Below are positions 19,742 through 30,018 of a stretch of DNA of 64,000 nucleotides, in pieces (the first letter of the stretch is position 1; the number at the start of each line of letters is the position of its first letter). The stretch lies in assembly GCA_016869235.1 (NCBI GenBank), contig VGER01000004.1, positions 5,454-69,453 on the forward strand, written 5' to 3'. Position numbers and translations under genes: made by a program. This DNA is from Alphaproteobacteria bacterium. GTDB lineage: Bacteria; Pseudomonadota; Alphaproteobacteria; UBA2966; CAIVPW01. Below the pieces are notes generated by a model that saw nothing but the letters and a program-made list of their open reading frames with translations, was not told the DNA's origin and did not search any database.

Positions 19742-20458
19742 ATGATGTGGTTATTCCTCGGCGGCCTGGCGCTGGTGCTGATGCTGATCACTGCCGATCG
19801 CCTCGCCAACGCCAATCCGCGCATCCTCGCTCAGGGTGTCCGCTGGGGTTCGGTCGCCGCGCTCGCCGCGGCTTCGCTGTTCCTGCTGCGCACCGGTCGG
19901 TGGGCATTCTTCCTCCTTCCGGCCATCCAGCGACTCATGCGCTCGCTCGCAGGTGGAGGCGGCGGTGGCAGCCGCTTCGCTGGACCTTGGTCAAGTGCTC
20001 GCCCAGGGACCAAAGAGTCGGTAGTGGAGACACCGAGTGTGCGCTTGCGTCTCGACCATGGCTCCGGCTCACTCGACGGCGAGGTGCTTGCCGGGCGGAA
20101 TCGTGGCCGTCGCCTCGGCGAACTCGCCGTGGCCGAGGTTGTCGCGCTACTCGATGAGTTCCGCGCCACGGATGCCGAGGCGATCCGCCTACTCGAGGCG
20201 TACCTCGACCGCCGCGACGCCGAGTGGCGGGGGCTTGCGCGCGAGTCTGCCTCCGGGCGTAGGGAGGATCACGGGCCCGGCGGCGTCATGTCGCGGGAGG
20301 AGGCATATGCGGTGCTTGGGCTCACGCCCGGCGCGGGCGCGGACGAAGTTCGTGAGGCGCACCACCGGCTGATGAAGCGCCTCCATCCCGACCAGGGCGG
20401 CACCACATTCCTGGCAAGCAAGGTCAACCAGGCAAAAGACCTACTGCTGCGCGGATAA
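19742..20458 (+). CDS. DjlA-like membrane-anchored J-domain co-chaperone
   Basis: Two N-terminal TM helices (MMWLFLGGLALVLMLI..., ...VAALAAASLFLL...). C-terminal J-domain with EAYAVLGL...HRLMKRLHPDQGG (HPD motif). Confidence 0.7.
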   Translation: MMWLFLGGLALVLMLITADRLANANPRILAQGVRWGSVAALAAASLFLLRTGRWAFFLLPAIQRLMRSLAGGGGGGSRFAGPWSSARPGTKESVVETPSVRLRLDHGSGSLDGEVLAGRNRGRRLGELAVAEVVALLDEFRATDAEAIRLLEAYLDRRDAEWRGLARESASGRREDHGPGGVMSREEAYAVLGLTPGAGADEVREAHHRLMKRLHPDQGGTTFLASKVNQAKDLLLRG

Positions 20459-20527
20459 GCACCGCAGGGACTTGGGGAAACGGCCGCCTTGCCTGGCTGC
20501 CGCCGGGCGTGGCATGAGTGGGCCGTC

Positions 20528-21433
20528 GTGGTCCCCTCTCCCAAGACCGTGCGTAAGGCCGTGTTTCCCGTCGGCGGCCTCGGCACTCGCTTCCTCCCGG
20601 CGACCAAGGCGCAGCCCAAGGAAATGCTGCCTGTGGTCGACAAGCCGCTCGTCCACTACGCGGTCGAGGAGGCGCGCGCGGCCGGCATCGAGCAGTTCAT
20701 CTTCGTCACCGGGCGCGGCAAGGCCGCGATTGCCGACCACTTCGACGTCTCCTATGAGCTCAAGCACCAGCTTTCGACGCGTAGCAAGGAAGCGGAGGTC
20801 ATCGAGGACTGGCTGCCCGACCCCGGCCAGGTGTGCTTCACCCGCCAGCAGGAGCCCCTTGGGCTCGGCCATGCCGTGTGGTGCGCGCGCCACCTCGTCG
20901 GCGATGAGCCGTTCGCGGTGCTGCTCGCGGACGACCTCATGCTCGGCGAGCCGCCGTGCATGCGGCAGATGGTGGACGCGTACAGCCGCGTCGGTGGCAA
21001 CCTGGTGTGCGTCGAGAACGTGGCCCCGGCGTTCACGTCGCGCTACGGCATCCTCGACGTCGCCGGCGAGGACGGCCGATTGGTCCGCGCGCGCGGCATC
21101 GTCGAGAAGCCGAAGCCCAGCCGCGCGCCATCTACGCTCGGCGTGGTCGGCCGCTACATCCTGCATCCGGGCATCTTCAATGTGCTCGAGAACGTCGAGC
21201 GCGGAACCGGCGGCGAAATCCAGCTCACCGACGGGCTGTTGGCGATGACCGGCACCGTGCCGTTCCACGGCCTGCGCTGCGACGCGCGCCGCTTCGACTG
21301 CGGCGACAAGGCCGGTTTCGTCGTTGCCAATGTCGCCGTCGCCCTCGAGCGCGAAGACATTCGCGATTATGTGCGCGAGCAGCTCGAGGCGCTCATCGGC
21401 GCTCCCCGTTCCACCCGCAAGGCCGCCGGCTAG
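20528..21433 (+). CDS. galU: UTP--glucose-1-phosphate uridylyltransferase (GTG start inferred)
   Basis: VRKAVFPVGGLGTRFLPATKAQPKEMLPVVDKPLVHYAVEEA... The ORF track starts at TTG 20489; GTG 20528 gives the canonical N-terminal spacing relative to E. coli GalU (from memory). Confidence 0.85.
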   Translation: MVPSPKTVRKAVFPVGGLGTRFLPATKAQPKEMLPVVDKPLVHYAVEEARAAGIEQFIFVTGRGKAAIADHFDVSYELKHQLSTRSKEAEVIEDWLPDPGQVCFTRQQEPLGLGHAVWCARHLVGDEPFAVLLADDLMLGEPPCMRQMVDAYSRVGGNLVCVENVAPAFTSRYGILDVAGEDGRLVRARGIVEKPKPSRAPSTLGVVGRYILHPGIFNVLENVERGTGGEIQLTDGLLAMTGTVPFHGLRCDARRFDCGDKAGFVVANVAVALEREDIRDYVREQLEALIGAPRSTRKAAG

Positions 21434-21459
21434 GCGCGCTAAGGCAGAAGAGACACCCC

Positions 21460-22821
21460 ATGCGTATCGCGATGATCGGCACCGGCTATGTCGGCCTGGT
21501 TGCCGGGGCCTGCTTCTCGGAGTTCGGCCACCATGTCACCTGCGTGGACAAGGACGAGCGCAAGATCGCCGCGCTGCACGCCGGCAAGATGCCGATCTAC
21601 GAGCCTGGCCTCGATGACCTCGTCGGCAACAACGTGCGCGGCGGGCGGCTGGATTTCACCACCGACCTCGCCGGCCCGGTGAAGGATGCCGATGCGGTGT
21701 TCATCGCCGTGGGCACGCCCACCGCACGCCACGGCGAGGGCCACGCCGACCTCACCTACGTGTTCGCTGCCGCCGAGGAGGTCGCCGCGTCTCTGTCCGG
21801 CTACACCGTGGTGGTGACCAAGTCCACCGTGCCGGTAGGCACCGGCCGCAAAGTGCACAAGATCATCTCGGAGAAGGCGCCGGGCGCAGACTTCGACGTC
21901 GCTTCCAACCCGGAGTTCCTGCGCGAGGGTGCCGCCATCAACGACTTCATGCGGCCCGACCGCGTCGTCGTCGGCGCCGAGAGCGACCGCTGCCGCGCCG
22001 TGCTGCGCGATCTGTACCGGCCGCTGTTCCTCAACGAGACGCCGATCCTGATGACGTCGCTGGAAACGGCCGAGCTGACCAAGTACGCCGCTAACGCGTT
22101 CCTCGCCACCAAGATCACCTTCATCAACGAGATTGCCGACCTGTGCGAGGCCACCGGCGCCGACGTGCAGGAGGTCGCGCGCGGCATCGGTCTAGACGGC
22201 CGCATCGGCAAGAAGTTCCTGCACGCGGGTCCGGGCTATGGCGGCAGCTGCTTTCCCAAGGACACGCTGGCGCTGGTGCATCAGGGCAGGGAGCACGACA
22301 CGCCACTGCGCATCGTCGAGACCGTCGTTGCGGTCAACGACGACCGCAAGGTTCGCATGGCCGAGCGCATCGTCCATGCCTGCGGCGGCAGCGTGCAGGG
22401 CAAGACCATCGCGGTGCTCGGACTCACCTTCAAGCCCAATACCGACGACATGCGCGAGGCGCCGAGCCTTGTCATCGTCCCGGCGCTGCAAAAGGTGGGC
22501 GCGCGGATTCGCGCCTTCGATCCGGAAGGCATGAGCGAGGCCAAGAAGCATGCCGAGCTCGACGGGGTTGCGTTCTGCAACAACGCCTACGAGACAATGG
22601 AAGGCGCCGACGCGCTGGTGATCCTCACCGAGTGGAACGAGTTCCGCAGCCTCGACCTTGAGCGCGCGCGCAGCCTTCTGCGCGATCCGGTGATGGTGGA
22701 CCTGCGCAACATTTACCGCCCCGAAGAGGTGGTCGCGGCCGGCTTCTCATACACGTCGGTCGGCCGTCGCGCCGTCGCGCCGCCCAAGCGGCCCCGCAGC
22801 GTCTCGCTCGGGGGGCGCTGA
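21460..22821 (+). CDS. ugd: UDP-glucose 6-dehydrogenase
   Basis: MRIAMIGTGYVGLVAGACF... (NAD-binding); ...GGSCFPKD... (catalytic Cys). 453 aa. Confidence 0.88.
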   Translation: MRIAMIGTGYVGLVAGACFSEFGHHVTCVDKDERKIAALHAGKMPIYEPGLDDLVGNNVRGGRLDFTTDLAGPVKDADAVFIAVGTPTARHGEGHADLTYVFAAAEEVAASLSGYTVVVTKSTVPVGTGRKVHKIISEKAPGADFDVASNPEFLREGAAINDFMRPDRVVVGAESDRCRAVLRDLYRPLFLNETPILMTSLETAELTKYAANAFLATKITFINEIADLCEATGADVQEVARGIGLDGRIGKKFLHAGPGYGGSCFPKDTLALVHQGREHDTPLRIVETVVAVNDDRKVRMAERIVHACGGSVQGKTIAVLGLTFKPNTDDMREAPSLVIVPALQKVGARIRAFDPEGMSEAKKHAELDGVAFCNNAYETMEGADALVILTEWNEFRSLDLERARSLLRDPVMVDLRNIYRPEEVVAAGFSYTSVGRRAVAPPKRPRSVSLGGR

Positions 22822-22836
22822 GCGGAAACGGCAGCG

Positions 22837-23445
22837 ATGTCATCGGACGAGTGGGGTCAAGGCCCCTGGAGCGGTGGCAACGGCATCAGCGTCGCGAGCG
22901 AATCGCGCGTCGTCCTGCGTGAGTACGCCGGCATCCCGATCGCCTTCCAGGTACGCACCGTGCTCGATGTGGAGCGCGCGGACGACGGCTTCACACTGAC
23001 GGAGCGCGTGTTCGCTCCCACAATCATCAAGAACTACGACATCGTTTGGGGAGAGGGTCCCGACTCCTGGGAGTCATCCTTTGACCTCGAGCGCTGGGGC
23101 TTTCTGGTGGCGCGGGTGGGGTAGAAGGCGGTCGGTGCCGCGGCAATGGTATTCGACACGCCTGGCATAGACCTGCTCGAGGGACGCCGCGACCTCGCCG
23201 TCATCTGGGACATCCGCGTCGCACCGGGGTGGCGACGCTGTGGCGTCGGCAGCGACTTGTTCGCCGCCGCGGAACGCTGGGCCCGGGCGCGCGACTGCAC
23301 CGAGGTCAAGGTCGAAACGCAGAACATCAACGTCGCCGCCTGCCGCTTCTACGAGAAGCAGGGGTGCGAGCTGCGCGCCGCCAACCGCGGCGTCTATCCG
23401 ACGCTGCGCGATGAGGTCCAGCTCCTCTGGTACAAGGAGCTGTAG
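22837..23445 (+). pseudogene. GNAT acetyltransferase (streptothricin-acetyltransferase-like) interrupted by an in-frame TAG (23122-23124)
   Basis: ORFs 22837..23124 and 23146..23445 share a frame. N part ...DDGFTLTERVFAPTIIKNYD...; C part WDIRVAPGWRRCGVGSDLFAAAERWARARDC...ETQNINVAACRFYEKQGCEL (GNAT motif A plus acetyl-CoA site). Combined length about 201 aa. Confidence 0.55.
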
Positions 23446-23557
23446 TCGGTCAGCCGAAACTCCGCTCGAGAACGCGCGCAGTGGGAAATCTCACATTGCG
23501 CCGCCGTGCCCGCCTTGAAATCTTGGCGCGGGGATTGGCGTTCTCCCCGGGGGAACC

Positions 23558-24637
23558 ATGCGCACACGCCGTCTGGTCCGCGGAATCCTTTTCAGCCTTG
23601 CACTCGCGCTGCCGTCAGCCGCGGCGGCACAGACTGCTGCCGACGTTTGCAGGGCGCTGCCGCCGCCCACCACCACGACGTCGGCCGATCTCACCGTCGA
23701 CGAGAATCGCCCGTGGCAGCCCGAGGGCGGCGAGTTCCGCGTCACCCTGCGCACCGCCGAACCCATGCCGGCAAATGCGCCGCTGCAAGCCTGCTTCCGC
23801 TGGCGCATCGATGGCGCGGCGTTTCAACCCGGGCCCTCGCCGCGCATCGTCGAGCGGCTGGCCGATGGCCGCGGCCTGGTGATCGCAGCGCGGGTGCCGG
23901 AGCTTCCCGCTACTGCCGATGCCCGCGTCAAAGGGCCTGCCAGGTTGGCCGAGATTCGCATCATTCTCGGCGAAGGCACGGCGGCCGACGTCACCGCCCT
24001 GGTCGGCATTACCTGGAATTGGCCCGCTTACGTCGCGGCGTTGGCCACCGTCCTGCTGATCCTGCTGATTGCGTACGCGATCAAGTGGGATCGAGGGTGG
24101 CGCGGGTCGGGCCTTCTCCTGCTCATCGGCACCGGAAAGGGCACCGCGAGCCTGTCGCAGTTCCAGATCGTGCTTTGGACAGCGGTCGTCGGTGCCTCGG
24201 TCGTCTACGTCAACATGTTATCTGGGACCTTGATCCCCATCACCAACGGCACGCTCGGCCTGTTGGGCATCTCGGCACTGGCGACCCTCGGGTCGCAGCT
24301 TCACGCCAAGGAAGAGCAAGCCAAAGTGACGGCCGTCGCAGCCGCCGCGGGTCCGCCGGTACCGGCCGCCGCAGCGCCGGCCCCCGCGACCCTCGTTGGG
24401 CCGCCGCGCGTTCCGAAGCTCTCTGACCTCGTGATGTCGCTCGAGGACGGCATCGAGGTGATCGACGTGACGCGCGTACAGATGCTGTTCTTCGCCGTCA
24501 TCATCGCGCTGTTCGTCGCAATCAAGGTCTTCGCGGGCTATGTGATTCCCGACATCCCGGCGGAGTACCTCGGGTTGATGGGGATCAGCAACGGGGTCTT
24601 CGTGGCCGCCAAGTGGACGCGGCCACCAAATCCGTAG
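23558..24637 (+). CDS. Hypothetical exported/membrane protein (signal peptide, about 140-aa periplasmic domain, about 5 TM helices)
   Basis: MRTRRLVRGILFSLALALPSAAAAQT...; later hydrophobic segments (WPAYVAALATVLLILLIAYAI, QIVLWTAVVGASVVYV, VQMLFFAVIIALFVAIKVF...). I recognise no family. Confidence 0.6.
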   Translation: MRTRRLVRGILFSLALALPSAAAAQTAADVCRALPPPTTTTSADLTVDENRPWQPEGGEFRVTLRTAEPMPANAPLQACFRWRIDGAAFQPGPSPRIVERLADGRGLVIAARVPELPATADARVKGPARLAEIRIILGEGTAADVTALVGITWNWPAYVAALATVLLILLIAYAIKWDRGWRGSGLLLLIGTGKGTASLSQFQIVLWTAVVGASVVYVNMLSGTLIPITNGTLGLLGISALATLGSQLHAKEEQAKVTAVAAAAGPPVPAAAAPAPATLVGPPRVPKLSDLVMSLEDGIEVIDVTRVQMLFFAVIIALFVAIKVFAGYVIPDIPAEYLGLMGISNGVFVAAKWTRPPNP

Positions 24638-24655
24638 GCAGCTGCCGCTGGCCAG

Positions 24656-26077
24656 CTACTTGCCGGCCGGTGCTTCCCTGGCGCGCAGCATGCGCGCGAT
24701 GCCGTCGAGCGTGTCGGCGAAATTGAGCGGCTGGGTGCCGGCCTGCGCGGCCGCAACGGTTGTCGGCTCGGCGGGCGGCGCCGGCTTGGGCGCCACCAGG
24801 GCGAGGTCGTTGGCCTGGCCGGCCGGTGAGATGACGACGCAGCCCATGCCGCGTGCTTCCAGCATTTTGCAGGCGTTCTGCGCCTCCGTGAGCGTCAGCT
24901 GGCCGATGCGCACGCGGTGATTCTCACCCTTGGCGTCGGGCAGCACCATCGTGGCCGGGTTCTTCAGGCTGGCGAGCACGACAGCGGACACTTGCTGCAG
25001 GCGGCGGGCGGCGTCCTCGTAGGCCCTGTAGGCGCCCGCCTGGATGGCCCAGCCGACCTCGTCGGTCGTGGTGGCCTTGGCGCCGGCCGGCTTGGCAACC
25101 GTGGGTGCGGCGGGCTTGGCCGGCGCGGGTGCGGGCTGCGTCGCGGTCGCCGGCCGGTTCATGGCGAGCGTGGTGGCCGGTGCCTGCTTCGGCTGCTTGG
25201 TGTAGTCGAGCGTCGCCAGGCGGTTGAACGCCATGTCGAATAGCTGGGTCATCTGGCCGTCGCGCGCCGCCGCGGTCTTGCCTCCCATCACCACGCCGAT
25301 GAGGCGCGTGTTGCCGCGCACCACCGACGCCGCAAGGTTGTAGCCGGACGCGTCGATGTAGCCGGTCTTCAGGCCGTCCACACCGGCGTAGCGGCCCAGC
25401 AGTCCATTATGGTTGGTGTGCGTCGTGCCCTTGTACGTGAAGCTCGGCGTCGAGAAGTACGGATACTGCTTGGGGAAGTCGCGGATCAGCGCCATGCCAA
25501 GGCGCGCCACGTCGCGCGCCGTCGTGTACTGCTGGCTGTGGAACAGCCCGGACGAGTTGCGGAAGCTGGTGTGATTCATGCCCAAGGTCTTGGCCTTGGC
25601 GGTCATCTTCTTGGCGAACTCCTCCTCGCTGCCGCCAAGCGCTTCCGACAGCACCATCGCCGCGTCGTTCGCCGACTTGGTCACCAGGCCGCGGATGGCG
25701 TCCTCGACCGAGATCGACTGCCCCGCCTGCAGATAGAGCTTCGATGCCGGTTGGATCGAGGCGCGGCGCGAGATGGGCAGCTGCTGGCTCAGCTTGAGCT
25801 TGCCCTGCTCGATCGCCTCGAACGTCAGGTACAGGGTCATCAGCTTCGCCAGCGAGGCAGGCGAGGTGCTGACGTCTGGATTGGAGGAATAGAGGACGTT
25901 GCCGGTGGCGGCGTCCAACACAATCGCTGCCTCGGCGGCGGCGCGGGCCGGTGCGGACTGGAGGGCTAGAAGCGTTACTAGAGCGATGGCCGCGCTACGC
26001 AGCGGCCGCAAACGTGGCGTCAGCACTCTTCCGTCATCCCCCTGGCACGCCCCAGCCTCGAGCGCGCCAGTCTTCAA
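24656..26077 (-). CDS. D-alanyl-D-alanine carboxypeptidase (PBP5/6-like) with a C-terminal SPOR domain
   Basis: ...ASLAKLMTLYLTFEAIEQGKL... (SxxK region) and KTGYIDASGYNLAAS (KTG). C-terminal ...VGWAIQAGAYRAYEDAARRLQQV...RVRIGQLTLTEAQNACKMLEARGMGCVVISP (SPOR-like). Confidence 0.8.
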   Translation of the reverse strand: MKTGALEAGACQGDDGRVLTPRLRPLRSAAIALVTLLALQSAPARAAAEAAIVLDAATGNVLYSSNPDVSTSPASLAKLMTLYLTFEAIEQGKLKLSQQLPISRRASIQPASKLYLQAGQSISVEDAIRGLVTKSANDAAMVLSEALGGSEEEFAKKMTAKAKTLGMNHTSFRNSSGLFHSQQYTTARDVARLGMALIRDFPKQYPYFSTPSFTYKGTTHTNHNGLLGRYAGVDGLKTGYIDASGYNLAASVVRGNTRLIGVVMGGKTAAARDGQMTQLFDMAFNRLATLDYTKQPKQAPATTLAMNRPATATQPAPAPAKPAAPTVAKPAGAKATTTDEVGWAIQAGAYRAYEDAARRLQQVSAVVLASLKNPATMVLPDAKGENHRVRIGQLTLTEAQNACKMLEARGMGCVVISPAGQANDLALVAPKPAPPAEPTTVAAAQAGTQPLNFADTLDGIARMLRAREAPAGK

Positions 26078-26465
26078 GCAGCCCGGCGCTGGCGGAATCT
26101 TAGCGGCACTGACTCCGCCGGGGCAAGAAAATCGGCCCCGGTCGCGTCAGCCTCCGCCCGGCAACCGCCCCCTGAGGTCCCGCCGCGCCGGCAACGATTC
26201 TCGCTCCCAGTGCCTAATGGCGCGTAAACCCGGGCAGCGCCGTGGCGGCGCCGGAGGGTCCGGAAAGTGGCCAACTTGTCGGCCGCCGCCGGGGGAGGGT
26301 AGTCTCGGAAAGCGGCCAACACCCTGGCTCTCCCCCCGCATTTAGATAGGGTTCACAGGGGCTTAAGGGGAGCCGTGCTAGCTCTTAATGGCGGTCCTGG
26401 CCGTCCGGACGGGGCAACTGGACCCCACCGTCGGACACTCTAGATTCGAGGCCTATTGGTTCAGC

Positions 26466-26795
26466 ATGGCGCGTAGACCGGACAGGCCCGATGGCAACAC
26501 CCCCAGCGTGGGACTCGCCACTCGGACTCGCCCCAAGACCAAGAAGCCGGACATGTACAAAGTCCTGCTCCTGAACGACGATTACACCCCGATGGAGTTC
26601 GTCGTGCAGGTGATCCAGGATATTTTCCATCGGGACCGCGAGACGGCAACGCGAATCATGCTCCACGTCCACCAGAAGGGGGTGGGCGTGTGTGGCGTGT
26701 ACAATTACGAAGTTGCCGAGACAAAGGTAGCGCGTGTCGTGGAGATCGCGCGGCAGCATCAGCACCCCCTTCAGTGCACCATGGAGAGAGAGTAG
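26466..26795 (+). CDS. clpS: ATP-dependent Clp protease adaptor ClpS
   Basis: ...[58 protein letters not shown]... The ATG at 26466 was chosen over the upstream ORF start. Confidence 0.88.
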   Translation: MARRPDRPDGNTPSVGLATRTRPKTKKPDMYKVLLLNDDYTPMEFVVQVIQDIFHRDRETATRIMLHVHQKGVGVCGVYNYEVAETKVARVVEIARQHQHPLQCTMERE

Positions 26796-29122
26796 TGTCC
26801 GGTTTCTCGAGCCATCTGGAACGCAGCCTGCATCGCGCGCTCACTCTCGCGAATGAGCGCCACCACGAGTACGCGACGCTCGAGCATCTCCTGCTCGCGC
26901 TTACCGAGGACCAGGACGCGCTCGCGGTCCTGAACGCCTGCAATGTCGAGGTCGACGCGCTGCGCAAGGAGCTCACCGGGTATCTCGACGAGCAGGTGCC
27001 GAACCTCGTCGTGGACAGCGTTGAGGAGGCGCGTCCCACCGCCGGCTTCTACCGCGTCACCCAGCGCGCGCTCATCCATGTGCAGAGCTCCGGCCGCGAG
27101 GAAGCGACCGGCGCCAACGTGCTCGTCGCCATCTTCTCGGAGCGCGAGTCGCACGCTGTATACTTCCTGCAGCAGCAGGACATGACGCGTCTCGACGCGG
27201 TTAGCTACATCTCGCACGGCATCGCCAAGGCGCCGGGCACCTCCGAGGAGCGCCGCGTGCGCGGCAACGACGACGACCAGGAGGAGGGCTCCGGCCGCAA
27301 AGGCCCCGAGGCGCTCTCGGCCTACTGCGTCGACCTCAACCGCAAAGCCGCCGCCGGCAAGATCGACCCGCTCATCGGCCGCGACACCGAGGTCGACCGC
27401 ACCATCCAGGTGCTGTGCCGCCGCGCCAAGAACAATCCGCTGTTCGTCGGCGACGCCGGAGTTGGCAAAACCGCCATCGCCGAGGGCCTGGCGCTGCGCA
27501 TCGTCGAGGGCAACGTCCCTGAGGTGCTGAAGGACGCGCGCATCTACTCGCTCGACATGGGCTCGCTGCTCGCCGGCACCCGCTACCGCGGCGACTTCGA
27601 GGAGCGTGTCAAGGCCGTGCTCACCGAGCTCGAGAACGACGACGACGCCATCCTGTTCATCGACGAGATCCACACCATCATTGGCGCCGGCGCGACGTCC
27701 GGTGGAGCGATGGACGCGTCGAACTTGCTTAAGCCGGCGCTCGCCCAGGGCACGCTGCGCTGCATCGGCTCGACGACCTACAAGGAATACCGGACGATCT
27801 TCGAGAAGGATCGCGCGCTGGCGCGCCGCTTCCAGAAGATCGACATCGCCGAGCCCTCGGTCGAGGACGCGGTCAAGATCCTGCGCGGCCTCAAGCCGTA
27901 CTTCGAGGATTACCACAAGGTGCGCTACACCTCGGAAGCCATCCGCACGGCGGTCGAGCTGGCGGCGCGCTACATCAACGACCGCAAGCTGCCCGACAAG
28001 GCCATCGACGTCATCGACGAGGTCGGTGCGGCCGAGATGCTCAAGCCGGAGAACAAGCGTCGCAAGGTGATCGGCGTGCGCGAGGTGGAAGCCATGGTCG
28101 CCAAGATGGCGCGCATTCCACCGAAGGCCGTCAGCCGCGACGACAAGCAGGTGCTGCGCAACCTGGAGCGCGACCTCAAGGCCGTCGTGTTCGGGCAGGA
28201 CAAGGCCATCGAGGCGCTCGCCTCGTCGATCAAGCTTGCCCGCGCCGGCCTGCGCGAGCCGGAGAAGCCGATCGGCAACTACCTTTTCTCGGGCCCGACC
28301 GGCGTCGGCAAGACCGAGGTCGCGCGCCAGCTCGCCTCGACCCTGGGCGTCGAGCTGATCCGTTTCGACATGTCCGAGTACATGGAGCGCCACTCCGTCT
28401 CGCGGCTCATCGGCGCGCCACCGGGCTACGTCGGCTTCGACCAAGGCGGCCTCATGACCGATCAGGTTGACCAGCACCCGCATGCTGTGCTCCTGCTCGA
28501 CGAGATTGAGAAAGCGCACCAGGACGTGTTCAACCTGCTGCTGCAGGTGATGGACCACGGCAAGCTCACCGACAACAACGGCAAGTCGGTCGACTTCCGC
28601 AACATCATCCTGATCATGACCACCAACGCCGGCGCCTCCGAGCTGCATAAGCAGGGCATCGGCTTCGGCCGCGGTATGAGGTCGGACGAGGACCAGGAGG
28701 CGATCAACCGCCTGTTCACGCCCGAGTTCCGCAACCGTCTAGACTCGATCATCGCCTTCTCGCCGCTCGAGCCCGAGATCGTGGCGCGCGTTGTCGACAA
28801 GTTCGTTCTGCAGCTCGAGGCGCAGCTGCAGGATCGCAACGTGTCGATCCAGATGTCCGACGAGGCGCGCGCGTGGATCGCGAACAAGGGCTTCGACAAA
28901 CTGTTCGGCGCCCGGCCGATGTCGCGCTTCATCCAGGAGCAGGTCAAGAAGCCGCTCGCCGAGGAGCTCTTGTTCGGCAAGCTGGAAAAGGGCGGCCACG
29001 TCGTCATCACGCTCAAGGACGACAAGCTCGCCTTCGAGCTCACCGCCGACATGTCGCCTAAGCAGGCCGATCCGGAAGAGGACGACGCCGGCGAGGACAA
29101 GGTGCCGGTGCTGGTCCACTAG
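26795..29122 (+). CDS. clpA: ATP-dependent Clp protease ATP-binding subunit ClpA (GTG start overlapping the clpS stop)
   Basis: N-domain ...[16 protein letters not shown]...; two AAA+ modules ([15 protein letters not shown]; [15 protein letters not shown]). Confidence 0.92.
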   Translation: MSGFSSHLERSLHRALTLANERHHEYATLEHLLLALTEDQDALAVLNACNVEVDALRKELTGYLDEQVPNLVVDSVEEARPTAGFYRVTQRALIHVQSSGREEATGANVLVAIFSERESHAVYFLQQQDMTRLDAVSYISHGIAKAPGTSEERRVRGNDDDQEEGSGRKGPEALSAYCVDLNRKAAAGKIDPLIGRDTEVDRTIQVLCRRAKNNPLFVGDAGVGKTAIAEGLALRIVEGNVPEVLKDARIYSLDMGSLLAGTRYRGDFEERVKAVLTELENDDDAILFIDEIHTIIGAGATSGGAMDASNLLKPALAQGTLRCIGSTTYKEYRTIFEKDRALARRFQKIDIAEPSVEDAVKILRGLKPYFEDYHKVRYTSEAIRTAVELAARYINDRKLPDKAIDVIDEVGAAEMLKPENKRRKVIGVREVEAMVAKMARIPPKAVSRDDKQVLRNLERDLKAVVFGQDKAIEALASSIKLARAGLREPEKPIGNYLFSGPTGVGKTEVARQLASTLGVELIRFDMSEYMERHSVSRLIGAPPGYVGFDQGGLMTDQVDQHPHAVLLLDEIEKAHQDVFNLLLQVMDHGKLTDNNGKSVDFRNIILIMTTNAGASELHKQGIGFGRGMRSDEDQEAINRLFTPEFRNRLDSIIAFSPLEPEIVARVVDKFVLQLEAQLQDRNVSIQMSDEARAWIANKGFDKLFGARPMSRFIQEQVKKPLAEELLFGKLEKGGHVVITLKDDKLAFELTADMSPKQADPEEDDAGEDKVPVLVH

Positions 29123-29146
29123 ACCGGCGAAAAGCGAACCAGCATA

Positions 29147-29168
29147 GGCCCGCCGGAACCGGCGGGCC
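29147..29168. terminator. Bidirectional rho-independent terminator between convergent clpA and a small exported-protein gene
   Basis: GGCCCGCC-ggaacc-GGCGGGCC stem-loop. T-rich 3' side (TTTCGCTTTCT) and A-rich 5' side. Confidence 0.6.
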
Positions 29169-29178
29169 TTTCGCTTTC

Positions 29179-29547
29179 TCAGCGGGCGATCTTCGAGGCG
29201 ACGTTCATGCCGCCGGTCGTCGTGTAGGTGATGCTTACCGACTGTCCGACCGCCAGGCCGGTCATCGTGGTCGGCGGCAGGATTGCCACGGGAGTGCCGC
29301 CAATGGTGATGGTGCGGCCCTGGGTGGCGGTGATGATGCCCTTGGCGTTGCCCATGTTGATCGGCATGCCGACGCGGAAGGCGGCCATGTCGATCTGCGG
29401 CGGCAGGGTGATGTTGGTGCCGCCGACCACGACCACCCGCTGCATGGGGTCCATGGCGCTGATGACGCCTTTGACTTCGGCCGCCCAGGCCGCGGCTGCC
29501 GCCAGCGCGGCTGCGCCCGCCGCCATCCCCGCAATCCACGTCCGCAT
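29179..29547 (-). CDS. Small exported hypothetical protein (signal peptide plus Gly/Thr-rich beta-type repeats)
   Basis: MRTWIAGMAAGAAALAAAAAWAAEV...; internal repeat VVVVGGTNITLPP / ITIGGTPVAILPP. The ATG at 29547 was chosen over the longer ORF. Confidence 0.55.
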   Translation of the reverse strand: MRTWIAGMAAGAAALAAAAAWAAEVKGVISAMDPMQRVVVVGGTNITLPPQIDMAAFRVGMPINMGNAKGIITATQGRTITIGGTPVAILPPTTMTGLAVGQSVSITYTTTGGMNVASKIAR

Positions 29548-29584
29548 GCGATCATGGTGATCCAAGTTCGCGGAGGGATGCAAC

Positions 29585-29908
29585 ATGCAACGCGGCTCGC
29601 TGACGGCGGCGCTTCCCCAGCAGTTGAAGTCGGAGCTGGTCACGTCGCTCGCGCAGGCGGCGTCCATGCGCATCGAGCGCATCGTCTCGACCGGGCACAC
29701 GACGCCGGCCGGCACCTGGTACGACCAGGAGTGGAACGAGTGGGTGCTGCTGGTATCGGGCCGCGCGCGCCTGCGCTTCGCCGATGACACGGCGGAGGTC
29801 GCGCTTGCGCCGGGTGACTACGTCAACATTCCCAAGCGTCGGCGTCACCGCGTGGAGTGGACGGATCCTCAGGTCCCCACGGTATGGCTCGCGGTGCACT
29901 ACGCGTAG
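29585..29908 (+). CDS. Cupin-domain protein
   Basis: 107-aa ORF; ...SGRARLRFADDTAEVALAPGDYVNIPKRRRHRVEWTDP... is cupin-2-like. Confidence 0.65.
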   Translation: MQRGSLTAALPQQLKSELVTSLAQAASMRIERIVSTGHTTPAGTWYDQEWNEWVLLVSGRARLRFADDTAEVALAPGDYVNIPKRRRHRVEWTDPQVPTVWLAVHYA

Positions 29909-30018
29909 GCTCGCCTGGGCACGCTGTCCCGCCCGCGCTCGCCCTCGAGCCAGACGCGACCTCGAGCGCGCCTTGCTACCGGCAGTTGATGGAGCGGTAG
30001 TGTTGCAGAGGTGGTCGC

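Noticed and set aside
9646-23124. Stop-codon reassignment, suppression or selenocysteine-type recoding as an explanation for the in-frame TAG, TAA and TAG
   Set aside because: Selenocysteine uses TGA only. No suppressor tRNA is present (the single tRNA is Leu-GAG). TAG/TAA/TGA serve as clean stops for all ~55 housekeeping genes. Co-occurring frameshifts and a lost stop point to decay or error instead.
26771-28648. 625-aa minus-strand ORF antisense to clpA, and 10830..11945 antisense to rarA
   Set aside because: Same high-GC antisense artefact; the sense-strand genes are clear.
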